Counted from the first letter of the stretch, positions 23,491 through 35,675 are shown. The stretch is 36,044 bases of DNA from Octopus bimaculoides (GCF_001194135.2 NC_068990.1:36942987-36979030), one strand, 5' to 3'. Made by a program: numbers and translations. Notes: a model not told the origin generated them from the letters alone.

Positions 23491-25215
23491 ACACCAATGT
23501 TGCCTCCATTGCAAAATCTTTTGCCTCCATTATTACATTCATCCTCTTCCTTTACTTCCATCTCCACCATCACTTCTATCTCACTACTGCAACAGCTAAC
23601 ACCTTGATCACCAATTTCACCTATCTGATTATGACTGCCGTTGATACTATAACCATCACAATGAACCATCACTACCAACTGTATAATAACTACTGGCAAC
23701 ACACCATCACAAACACATTCACTAACATTACAAACTCAGTCAGCACCACCATCACCACTACCACCACAACCACTACCACCATCTCCACAATCACAACTAC
23801 CATGATCAACAATACCACTTCTACCAGCAGGCTACCACCACCACCACACTCACTAACATTACCACAAACAATACCAGCACTATTAAACCACCTTCTCTAT
23901 CGTACTTTCTTTTTTACAATTCACACATTTTTTTATTTATTTTCATTCTACTTTTACTTTTGTTTTCAAAACAAAATATTTCTTTGCCGTGTTTATTTTC
24001 TTTACCACTTTTAAAGTTTTCTACAAAATATCTTTAAATAATATCTTTATTTTATTTATCTAATGCTCTCAGCATTTTATTTTACTTGATTTTCCTATAT
24101 TTTAGACTTTAAGATCATATTTGTTTATTTGATATTTTCATTTTATTAGTTTCTGAAAATCACATTTGCAAAATCTCTATAATTTGCAACAGTTTCCTCT
24201 CAAACCATTTAGAAGAAAAAAAATAAAATGAAAAAAATATAGAGAAAAAACATCAACTACAACAAAATAATAAGGTTTCATGGTTCAGGTTTTACAAAAT
24301 ATTTTGGTTCTTTTATAAAAATTATTATTATTTCTGACAGTGTTGTTTGTGCCTTTTTCTTCAGTGTCTTGTTGTTGTTGTTGTTTATTTTTCATCGTTG
24401 CATAAGAAATTTGAAGAGATTTTTTGAGAGGAGGAAGAAAGAATGGAAGAGGCGGGGTAGAGGCAGGAAGCTGAAAAAAAATGAAGCGAGCTAAGTTTGT
24501 GCATTTTCAAAAATATTTTTGTTCTCTTTTGTCAGTTATTACACATATATATCCATACACTACATAAAAATAAATAAATACACACACACACACGCACATA
24601 CACATACACACACATTCACATTCATACACAAGCATGTGTCTGTGTGGTTCCTAATCTAAAGACTTCAAGCTCTTCATATTTCCTTGCATTTATTATTATT
24701 GTTATCATCATCATCATCGTCGTCGTCATCGTCATCATCATCGTTATCCTTTCAAGGATGAAATACTGATTCTTGATCCTCAATACCAAGAAACAAAAAA
24801 ACAAAGACGAAAAAAAAAGCAAAAAAAAAGCAAAAACAAAAAAAGAATAATAATAACAATAAAATGAAAAGGAATCAGCAAAAAAGAGTAAAAGAAAAAA
24901 AAATTAAAACAATAGTAAAATTAAATAACAAATAATAAGAATAATGTGGTAAACATTAAAGCCAAGGAAGAAAAAAGAAGGCAACAAATATATAATAACA
25001 ATAAACAAATATATTAAATGAACAAATAAATAAATAGAAAATTGAGAAAGGAAAACAAATAAAATAACACAAATTATGTAAACAAACAAAAAAATATATA
25101 TAAAATATATCTAGAAATAAAAACTAAAATAGAATTTTTGAAAGCAAAGCACACACAAACACACACACATAAATACACATACACAGAGACACGGATATAA
25201 ACGTTTATATGCATA

Positions 25216-25260
<45 letters not shown>

Positions 25261-27499
25261 CACTTCATCAAATTATCAAAAATATAAGAAAAAGAAGACA
25301 TTAAGAAAAGTGTAATAAACATAGTCAATAACCCTCTCCCCATTGCTCCAATATGAAAGCAATGTTCTTGCTAGGATCATGAGTGTTCCCCTTATCATCT
25401 CCCTATGTAAATGAATAAATAACAGGGTAAATGGCAGAGATATTGAATTAGATAGTGGAGATTTAACCCTATCAACTTTCTACACGCTTTATTTGATCGC
25501 GGATTAATTTGACAAATAGGATTACGTTTTTTTGAAGATCTTTATTAAGATTTACAAGAGTTTTCGCCTTCATTCCATCCTTCCTGCCTTCACTTTGCCA
25601 CAGATTTGTCAATATGTATGTTCCGGCATGTTTTTCCTGTATTGTTATATTATATATATATTTTATATGTATATGTATATCTATCTATCTATCTATATAT
25701 ATATATATATATATATATATAACATATAGTTTCGTAGTTTTGTTTTAACATCGATATGTACAGATGTTTAAGTGAGCGTGTGTGTGTGAGAGAGAGAGAG
25801 AGAGTGTGTGTGCATGCATAGATTTTGTGAATTTAGTTGTGCTTCTTACATCTATGTTTGATGTATCACTGCCATGCTTTACATATTTATTCATATATGT
25901 TTGCTTTTAAATAATTATGCATGTGTGTATGTGTGTATGCATATATATATATATATATGTAATATATGTGTGTGTGTTGTGTAAATGTATGTGTTCATAA
26001 ATACATGCACACACACATATACATACACACACACACATGCAAAAAAACACATACTATCATGTAGTCTCTCTCACACACACATACAAACATATGCCTGGAC
26101 ATATTTACACACACACGTGTACATATATGGTGGGTCTAGGCAGCAAGTTTCTGGTGATCCAAGAAAGTGATCCAAATCTTTATCCGTCATAACTGTAGCT
26201 GAGAGTATAACTTTGTTGATGTCCTTGGGAGAGGCAAGAACATCACAACATCCAGAAAATACAGAATGAATCCAGGAGAGGTTACTTATCAATTGATGGA
26301 TTCTTCTGACCACAAACAGATAATCCCTTGACAATATTTATTATGCTAGAGTATGATACATACAAATTAACCAGAACAAATCCAGATCTCCCATGTCCAG
26401 AGATGCCTTTGGTTCAGTACTTTTTGGGCCATCTCAACTCCAATGAGAACTTTTTGTCCTTTTTTTTTACCTAGAATTATTTTTCCATTTTAATGATTTA
26501 TTTTTACTCATCTCTTCATTTTTTAACAGCCATTCTTTTTTTTGTTTTTCTTCAAATAGTTCCAGTAGAAAATATAACTATATGGTTGCTGTCATGCTTA
26601 TGTTTGAATCTCTTCTGACTAAATATTCAATCAACCTTTATTGATTTTGTTAAAATTAAAATTGATTTTTATTAATAAATTCAATTAACTTGTAAATTAT
26701 ATTAAATAATTTGATTAACGAAATTTATAAAATAAAATTAAGAGAATTTTGTTTTGAATATAAAACGATCATCATGCTGATAACATTTCAATGACTAAAT
26801 GATAGACGGTCATGGGAACCACATATTAAGATGCATAATTTTTAAAGTTTTTTTTTTAAATTGATTAATTTTTAATCAATCCATATATAAAGAAAAGATT
26901 GAAATCATTTTTCAATAATATAGTCAATTAACTTGTAAATTATATCAAGAAAATTTTGATTCATTTAATTTGTGCTCTAATCCACAAAGAAGGAGGCTGT
27001 CTCATTTGACTTGCATTTAATTACTATAGCAGTAACATGTTTATTTTTTGTAGTAGCATTCTGTTTGACTGTTTGAGATTGTTGGAGGGGATATTTTAAA
27101 GTATCTGTTCAGGCCTTTGAGTTCTGACGTCAATGCCTGTGTCAACATTATTGCCTAATTGTATGAGTCCTTGCCTTTCCCTTGCAGAACATCAATGACA
27201 TGGAAAGGAGATATATGCATACATGAGAAACTGCTGTTTTTCTAAATAACCCTTACAATGGCTTTTGCCTTTTAAATGACACCCTACATAGGTAAATTAT
27301 AATCTTGTGAGACATATGGATGGCTCCAAATAGTTTTATTTTGATGTTCCTGTTTAAAATATCATTTAAGCATCTATTTTCAATATTCTAAAAGTTTTAT
27401 CATCTAAAATATCTAAAATATTGTTGTATCATGTAAACAAAATTTTTTAAATCCCTAATCATTTAAAAATAAATTGCTTCTTCAAATTTCAGCCAAATT

Positions 27500-28340
27500 G
27501 GTGCAAGTTAGATACGATTGCCTCATGCCTATAGCTGGCACATCCTATGAGTAATGTAGGTTTCATACTCTGATACCATCATTTGTTATATTCTTTACAT
27601 TTTATAAATTACTTAGCATATCTAAAGGACAATTGCCCAGGATACTTACAGGCTGAATTATTGGTAAAAGATGATGTTTTGCGCCTGCACCTTACTTCAA
27701 ACTACATCCCATTAATATAGTCATGGAAGTAGATAATTTTATACACTCTCAAATGTGAGTACAGGTCTGACTTCATTCACCAGTGGCTTATTTCTCATAA
27801 CTGCAGGAAATCATCCACTATATTCATGATAAAATTCAACATTAACAATATGATTTAGTTACAAGCAACTACTGTAAGGCATAAAAATCAGAAATCCAGA
27901 TTGAAAGGGGCTGGTATAAATTGTGTCTAGGGTTAATGCTTTATGAAGAGGATGTAAAACGTGACTTTACAGGATTTAGCATTTTCAATAAGAAAATTGT
28001 GAGAGATTTACTAGTGGATATAAAATATATGATGGATTCTAAGTGTGCACATGGTACAGAAGGAAATCTAGAAGAATGGATGGACATTGATAAAGAACTT
28101 GTTTATGGATCTATAGAGGAAAATGTTTTGGAAAGAGTCCAGCAAGGTAAGAAGAAAAAAGATAGCGAAATTGTAGATGAAAAACTTGAATAAATGTTTT
28201 TTATTGAACATTGCATCAAGCTATAAAATGTTTATTACGAACTTGACCAAAACTCTTCATTAATGTTTATTTAAGCCAGCAGAAAAATCATCAAAGAGCA
28301 GCACAAGTATCTGAAGCAAACCACCTTAAAACAAGGATTC
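27500..28340 (+). mobile_element. Decayed pogo/Tigger (DDE_1, CENP-B-like) transposase C-terminal half
   Basis: DNCPG at 27628-27642, a degraded PNTTS.IQPMD..I..LK..YR region at ~27690-27765, GWYKLCLGL...DFTGF...GNLEEWMDID (ORF 27921-28193) and terminal KQTTL at 28314-28328. No TIRs were found. Confidence 0.6.
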
Positions 28341-28477
28341 AAAATACTTGAAAATATCCCAGACAGAAGGTATATTTAGATATTACTGATTCCTCTTTCT
28401 CCACTGTTAGAGAAATCATCTTACCTCATCCTGAAGACTATTGCACTATAATTTTAGTGTACAATAATTACTTATTT

Positions 28478-28788
28478 GTGGAGGTGCAATGGCCCAGTGG
28501 TTAGGGCAGTGGACTCGCGGTTGGAGGATCGAGGTTTTGATTCCCAGACCGGGCGTTGTGAGTCTTTATTGAGCGAAAACACCTAAGCTCCACGAGGCTC
28601 CGGCAGGGGGTGGTGGCGACCCCTGGTGTACTCTTTCACCACAACTTTCTCTCACTCTTTCTTCCTGTTTCTTGAGTAACTCTGCGATGGACTGGCATCC
28701 CGTCCAGCTGGGGGGAACACATATGCCATAGAAACTGGGAAACCAGGCCCATGAGCCTGGTGAGGCTTTGAAAGAGCGACGTTTATCG
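28478..28788 (+). mobile_element. Full-length tRNA-derived SINE with V-domain-like core and 13-bp TSD
   Basis: A box TGGCCCAGTGG and B box ggttttgattcc; core ctgcgatggactggcatcccgtccag...gaaactggg; exact TSD taattacttattt at 28465-28477 and 28789-28801. Confidence 0.9.
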
Positions 28789-28914
28789 TAATTACTTATT
28801 TAAAGAACTGAAGCTTTTGATGACCTCCTCTACCTCAGAAGTACTCATTTCTACAAATGTAATTGCTGCTTTGTATTACACTGCAATAATTTTGATATGC
28901 TGTAATACACATGT

Positions 28915-28916
28915 AT

Positions 28917-28971
<55 letters not shown>
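28915..28971. repeat. (TA)n microsatellite
   Basis: Direct reading. Confidence 0.95.
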
Positions 28972-28973
<2 letters not shown>

Positions 28974-28989
28974 TTTATCTTATATCTTT

Positions 28990-29299
28990 TATTTGTTTCA
29001 GTCATTAGACAGTGGCCATGCTGGAATATGGCCTTGAAGAATTTTAGCCAAATGAATTGACTCCAGCACTTTTTATTTTATTCAGTTGGTCTCTTTTGCT
29101 GAACTGCTACGTTGTTAGACATAAACACACTAATAGCATATTTGTCAACCGGTGAAGGGGTGACAAACACAGACACAAGGACACATACTTTGGCTGGCCT
29201 GAAGCTACAGTAGAGAACACTTGCCTGAAGTGCCATGCAATGGGACTGAAACTGGAGCCATGTGGTTGGAAGCAAATTCATACCACATAGCCATGCCTA
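28990..29299 (-). mobile_element. Near full-length octopus-type tRNA/CORE SINE
   Basis: Minus-strand head ggcaTGGCTATGTGG...agtttcagtccc, then cacttcaggcaagtgttctctactgtagc; tail gtttcagtcattagacagtggccatgctgg as at 1830-1860. Confidence 0.8.
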
Positions 29300-30029
29300 T
29301 ACATAAATACACACACAAACATGATTTTTATGTGCAGGTATAGCGTCTAGTTACTTGCTTTTGAAATTCTTCCTCATTTTTATTTATCAATTATACTTCC
29401 AAGTCTTGTCTATGTTTTGTACATTTGAAATGGAAGACATGGTATTATGACATGACTTTTTGCATGTGAAAAAAATTGAGTATATCATGTATTCTGCATA
29501 AAACAACTGAATGTGTGATACATTTTATAACTTTCTGTTTTGACAACAGCCAAGTCCCAATAACTTATATTTCATTGCATTTACAAATATTTTTGCTTAT
29601 ATATTGTCAGGCTGCTTTCTTTTTTAATCTTTTGTATAACTGAAAGTGTAAAACGAGTAGTGATTTATTTATTTATTTATTTTCAACTTTTATATAAATG
29701 TTTGAAAGTTATTTCAATAATTTTCCTGCTTCTAAATGTTTAATAAATAGAGAAGAAGCAGACTACATGTACACTGCTTCTGAAAAGTTTGGGTTGCAGT
29801 GAGCAACCATACACAGGCTCTATATATATATGCCATTGACAAGTGAAAGCAGAAGTGTTAAATGCATTATTGTTCTATCTTTTAATCTGTTTACTTGTTC
29901 CAGACAATAGATGTGACCATGCTTGTGTACTGTCTTGGAGAATTTTATAGTTGATGAAATCAACACCAGTACTTCATTTTCGTTAAGCCTGGTCTCTATT
30001 GGTCTCCATTGGTGAACCGTTAAGTTTAT

Positions 30030-30183
30030 AGTAGCTGCGCTCTTAGCCACTATGCCATATGCCCAGGTTTGAAATTTCCCCAAGACACCTGATGAAAGCT
30101 GGAGGGTATATCAGACAAAACGTTGTGTTGAAAACAGACAAGATGAGGACAAATATCTGTCAAATGTAAATAATGTAAATAAG
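30030..30183 (+). mobile_element. Hammerhead-bearing SINE, third copy, with inverted tRNA-head fragment
   Basis: 30030-30064 is the reverse complement of the head (gggcatatggcatagtggctaagagcgcagctact). 30065-30183 aligns with 7550-7675. Confidence 0.85.
30084..30129 (+). ncRNA. Minimal type-I hammerhead ribozyme motif (G12 mutated to A)
   Basis: gacac-CTGATGA-a-agctg-gagggtatat-cagac-AAAA-CGTT-gtgtt; retains the AACGTT palindrome. Confidence 0.7.
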
Positions 30184-31049
30184 GCCTTTTTCTGCCTGCC
30201 AAATCCACTCACAAATTTGTGGTCAGCCCAAGGCTATAGTAGAAAACACTTGCCCAAGGTGCAACATAGTGGGACGATGGCATATAGTAATTGGTGAGTT
30301 GGCATTAAATATATGTCTACAATTTAAACCCCTGTGGAAAGTTTACTCTGAAAAATGTTACTCAATGTAAAAAATACAGTTATTGTTTTATGTTCAAGCA
30401 GAAGAAATAAAATTTAAATGTTAAATTGCTGATAGAATTTCAACAAAATTAACAGTTATGAGAGATACACAAAAAAAAAAAAAAAAAAATCTACTGAACT
30501 GAAAAGATTTGAAGAAAAATTATTGAAATTTAAATTTTAAGTTTGAAAAGAAGTGTAATTCAAATAAATCATGTAATAATTTTGGCATCTGATATTGCAG
30601 TAACTGACACATCTGCAGGATGTCCTGATTTGCAAAACAGATGGTGGACTCCAAAGAATACATCAGTTGACATTCTTATGGTTCTTTGCAAATCACTGTA
30701 AGCATGAATTCAAATCAATTTACTGCTGCAATGGAAAAGTCAAACCACAATCTCTGCCAGCTTCACTATCTGCCATTGCTAAATATATTGGCATTATATA
30801 GTCAGGAAACAGATTTCTGTACAACTTATGAAACTGCAGCAATGCTCTTGTGCTAGATTCCATTGGGAATAAAAAAAAGTGAATACGGATATAATCTTGT
30901 CTTAAAAGTACAGGGAATCTGTGCACAAGATACAAAGGTTGCTGCTAAGTAAAGCTGGCCAAGTACCACAATTCATCAAACACTAATTTTTTGATACAGA
31001 CATGCCGTGACAAGTAAACTCATTTATTTTTGAGATACAGGTGAGACAG

Positions 31050-31146
31050 TGGATGTGCAATGGCCCATTGGTTAGGGCAGTGGACTCGCAGTCATAGGAC
31101 CACGGTTTCGATTCCCAGTGTTAATTGAGCGAAAACACCTAAAGCT
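31050..31146 (+). mobile_element. Truncated head of the 28478-28788 SINE family
   Basis: gtgcaatggcccattggttagggcagtggactcgc...ggtttcgattcccag...ttgagcgaaaacaccta. Confidence 0.8.
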
Positions 31147-31180
31147 CTCACAACATGAGATATTCAGCAACAGTACTTTG

Positions 31181-31343
31181 TAGTAAAGATTGCTTGCCAA
31201 CATAACATGGCAGTCCTGGTTTAGTATGAATGTTGCTGTAATTTCGTATAGCCAGCAAGAGACGATGTCTCCTAGGGCTAAATTACAGCAGCATTAGTCC
31301 TAAACCAGGACTGCCATGTTATGTTGGCAAACAATCTTTACTA
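31181..31343. mobile_element. Fold-back or MITE-like element with 64-bp terminal inverted repeats
   Basis: 31181-31244 versus the reverse complement of 31280-31343 gives 59/64 identity by manual alignment. The 35-bp spacer contains its own hairpin gagac-gat-gtctc. The outer TA...TA could be a TA TSD. Confidence 0.7.
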
Positions 31344-31499
31344 TGAATCCTTAGTTGTCACTTGCAAGCAATTATGACCTAGTAGTATGTATCACATTTA
31401 CAGTCGCTGTTTTAGGTGCCTATGTTGTTATGAGCAGACATAGGAACCCTTTCATCTCCCACCACTTGATCTAGTGGAAGATCAAGCATATAATAGCCA

Positions 31500-31655
31500 A
31501 GGGGCAATGAGAGCTGCATCAGTGGTACTAATTTTCAGATGAGTAGATTAGAGCAATGTAAACTGAAGCACCTTTCTGAAAGACATGATCTGCCTAGTCC
31601 AGAGACTGAACTCATAACCTGACAGTCATGAGGCCAACATCTTAACCACTAGTCT
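31500..31655 (-). mobile_element. Decayed tRNA/CORE SINE
   Basis: gactgaactcataacc...catcttaaccactag is a reverse-complement tRNA head; gatgagtagattagagcaatgtaaactgaagcac resembles the CORE block at 12290-12330. Confidence 0.5.
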
Positions 31656-32419
31656 AAGAGTTTTTTTTTATTTTTATTAATGTAGAAATATTTCGCAATG
31701 TTTCAGTTGTTGCAATATTTTTCTGTAGTTTTTCAAAAACAAAAGTGATTCATTTTATCATTGAAAAGTTAGCTGAATGCACTGAAACAACCACAAAATT
31801 GCAATATTGTCAAATGTCACTGAGTTAATAAAAGACAGATGTATATGTGTGATTGTGTGTATGTATGTGTATATATCTGTGTGTGTGTGCATTTGTGTGT
31901 GTGTATTTGAGTGTGGTATAATGCATCTACATACATAAACACACATATATACCCACATTAACATATGTATACATATATTTACGTACAAATACACATACAT
32001 AATACTTGTGCGTATATGTGTGTGTGCGTAGAAGTACTTTTCTTTTGGACACATATGATCTATTTTTATTGTTTTTGTATAAATTATTTTTCATAATTTT
32101 CTATGAATTCTTTCTGATATTGCAAATTCCTTGAACACATCATCATTTCTAGAATTTCATACTCTCAACAGCAAAATTAAATAATGATGTAATGTGCATT
32201 AACACTTTAAATAGACAGGCCAAGTGGAATTCCTGTGGACCATACCAAAAGAATTCAAAGTTTGACCATCAGACTTATACTGGTATGTATTTTCACTGTC
32301 ACTATTCTTGCAATATGATGTATTATGAGTATTATTTCCTTCATTATTATTATTTATTCATGAGAAATTTTGTATAGTATGAACGTGCTATTTACTAACG
32401 TTCTTCTATTTAGTTTACA

Positions 32420-33260
32420 GTGTGGTTTAGTACATTGCAATTGCTTATAAGTGTGTCGTGATTCAGCAAGAGAGTTTTGTTTTTATATGTCCACCAATAC
32501 AACAGTTGAAGTCATGAAGTACACAACTTATACGTTCACAGTCAAGTTTATAAATCATATTTGTTATTAGTAGCTTATTTGCAGGTTTGCTTTTGGACTG
32601 TTATAGATAGGAAGGTGTTTAATTTGAGTGTGTTATTATTGTTTGTTTTTTGGTAGCATTCTATCAATATTTACTGTTTGGGTAATCTATTTTGTGATCT
32701 GTTTTATGAAGTTTTTGATATGTTCATTTATTCAACAGTTAGTAAGCATTTGATTCCTACAATACACTTCATGTGTGGTTTATGTATGTAGTGTTACATT
32801 TATCTTTGTATTGCTCAATGCCTTGGTCTATTAGCTTGTTAGAATACCCATTGTAGATTAATGTCTGTTTTATTCTGTACATTTCTTTACCCAGTGCTTT
32901 GTTTGTGGAACAGAAATTATATGTTTATCTAAGTATTTTACTACTGAAATTTTATATCTATGTGAATACTTATTGTTGCCATGTAAGTATATGTATATAT
33001 TTGTGTGCTTGGTATAAACAGACATACTTGTGTTGCTTTTCTATCTGAAAATTTCATGTCTAGAAATGGAGTCTTGAAAGGTGAATTTTAGTGCAGAGTT
33101 GTTTTAAGCTGTTTAATTTCATGACATCTTCTGATGTGTCCATTGTGATAAACATATCATCCACATATCTGGTACATATTATATACTCATATGTTTGTAT
33201 CACTGTGTTTCCTACCATGATCATCTAGGTGACCCCTGTTGTTACTCTAAATAGTGTTAC
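32420..33260 (-). mobile_element. Old Penelope-like element: RT motifs B-C, thumb and GIY-YIG
   Basis: Minus strand gives QGSPR (~MGSPL), CTRYVDDMFI (RYVDD at 33156-33170), TPFLDM, YNFCSTNKALGKEMYRIKQTLIYNGYSNKLID and TNMIYKLDCERISC...IGGHIKTKLSC*ITTHL. Many stops and frameshifts. Confidence 0.8.
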
Positions 33261-33616
33261 TGTTATTTCATCCAAGTTTAGTCATCATCAAGCAAACATT
33301 TAATAAAAGACATTAAAACCATGACTAAACCCTTCGTCCTAACTTTTTTTTTTGTGCTGGCATAGGAAACCCTGGACTAAATAATCCAATGTCTTGACTT
33401 TTCATAAGATCAGTGTCAAATGAAGTAGATTAGCTTTTCTTTCTAGCAGATTGAATGACCATACAGTGGGCCCTTCACTTTTTTTTTTTTTAGTGTTGGT
33501 GGTGGTTGTATTATTGTTAACAGTGTTTGTAGTGAGAATAATGATAGCAGGCATGGTAGCATGAAATGTGTTCTCTATTTAAGTGTTATGCAAGTATGGA
33601 AAAGTGGATGTTAAAG

Positions 33617-33680
33617 TGATGATGATGATGCTGATGATGATGATGATGATGGTGATGGTGATGGTGATGGTGATGGTGGT
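33617..33680. repeat. (GAT)n/(GATGGT)n microsatellite
   Basis: Direct reading. Confidence 0.9.
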
Positions 33681-35370
33681 GTTATGCATGGCCTCCACTT
33701 CCTGTTCTTCTCCCTCCTACACTATGTCCCTGCCTACTGAAACGAGCGCATTCACAGTTGTCTCTTAACACAATCCTTGCATATTTAGCAATCAGTTATC
33801 AATTGAATCCAACAAAGAACATCATTGAATCAACAAATCAACTTCACAAAATGATAAAATAACAAATTTCAAGCTAACAAAACGCTGTCTGTATATTCAA
33901 ACATTTACAGTCAATATGTACATAGATTAACACTTGTACATACATGACACATACATACATACATACATACATATCTATCTGTGTCTATTAATAAACAAAC
34001 ACACACACACACACAGTAAACAAAATTATATATTTTTCTATTTACACATATACGACGCCATGTGTATTCATATTTGTCTGTGTCCATGTATACGAATGCA
34101 AACTTACACATGCTTTCATGCACATGCATGCATATTTATTTGTGTATGTACACATATATGTATGTGTATGTATGTTTGTATGTTTGTATATATGTATGCA
34201 TGCAAGTATGTATGTATATGTATATGTGTATATGTGTGTATATTTCTAACTTTCTGTACTGAAACATTTTTGAAGGGTTTCTTTTACAATTATCTGAAAT
34301 AGGTTTATTAGTTATTTTATATTTGTTTATCAATCGTTTCACATCATCATCAAAACCATCATAACTTGTCTCTCCCTACACCATATTTCTCATCATCACA
34401 AATATCTGTACCATCACCAACACCGCCATCACTGCCTACACCACGTTCTTCCCCATCAACACCATCATGGATCTACAAAGCAGCCACTGTATGTTCTCCT
34501 GGGTTCCTAGATATTGCAGCTGGACCTCCCTCAAATTACAACCCTATTTTAAATGATAAAAGGACACATAAGATAATAGAGTCTTACATACACATATGCA
34601 TAGATACTTGCATGCATACATACATACAAACATACATACACATACACATATGTGTACGTACACAAATAAATATATATGTATGTGTAAGTTTGTATTCATG
34701 TACATGGACACTTGTGATGACCACCAGAGAAATGTCTTTGATCAAATGTCTGCTCAGTTAAGATTATCAACCTTTGACTAAGCAAAACAATACCAAAATC
34801 ACCACCTTCACTACCACCATCAATGTCATCATCATCATCATCAGCAGCATCACCATCATCAGCACTATTCTTGTCATCATCCCGCTGATCAGCATCTTTA
34901 TCATCAGCATGATAATTAGTGATGATATTATCATCACTGTCAACATAAAACAATAAGATGTAAAAGAAAGAACCTTCCCAGTGCATCAACAGACAATAGT
35001 TTGATTTGGACACTAAAGAGACAAGAGCGCATTTGAACCTGAAAAAAAAAGCTTGAATCAAACTTCAGCAAACAAACCCCAAACAAAATGAAAGTCCCTA
35101 CCAAAACAACAGGAAACAATCTACAAAGCCCTTACATTAATGTTCCATATCAAGCTAGCTGCTTTCCTCATAAACAATATCTTAAAGAAGCATAAACAGA
35201 GTTGTTGTGAATGCAAGGCTGTAAAAATCAAAAGCTTCTGAATTTGGGATTTATTAAAGACAGCATATAAAAATTAAAAAAAGAATACAAGAAGAGAAAA
35301 AAATTGGCATAGCATAAATTGATTATTGAAATGAGTTTGATAGGATAACTTAATTTGAATACTGAGGACT

Positions 35371-35590
35371 CGTTGTTTTAACATCCATTTTACCATGCTT
35401 GTCTGGGTCAGACAGAATTTGTTGAAGCAGATTTTTTACAGTTATATACTTTCTTTTACCAGGCCTCACCTGTTTCCAAGGTTATATTTCCCATGGCTGA
35501 ATATGTTTTTATAGAAGGTTGAAACAAACGATACTACTCATACAAGGATGATGGTCGTTTACCTATCACACTATGTCAAGATAAGGAGAT
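35371..35590 (-). mobile_element. Decayed repeat with RTE-like 3' tail
   Basis: tttaacatccattttaccatgcttgtctgggtcagac is the reverse complement of a tail like 21140-21172. Confidence 0.5.
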
Positions 35591-35675
35591 ATGCATACAC
35601 ATATACACACATACATACACATATATATACACACACACATACATATATATATACAAACATATATATATATACATA

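Larger units (their letters stand above)
29890..30275 (-). mobile_element. Octopus-type tRNA/CORE SINE interrupted by the hammerhead element
   Basis: 29890-30029 and 30185-30275 (caaatccactcac...ggctatagtagaaaacacttgcccaaggtgc...gtgggac) are consecutive parts of the family seen at 28990-29299. Confidence 0.75.

Noticed and set aside
24400-24500. GC-box-like gaggcggggt in a purine-rich stretch (possible promoter)
   Set aside because: It is a single short motif with no linked exon or CpG island and is expected by chance.
30560-31020. Complex sequence with an FDFS-like motif on the minus strand (possible LINE RT)
   Set aside because: No second RT motif could be found in any frame.
32215-32282. 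Candidate internal exon (aatag|...actg|gtatgt)
   Set aside because: The donor is good but the polypyrimidine tract is weak, none of the three translations is recognisable and no partner exon was found.
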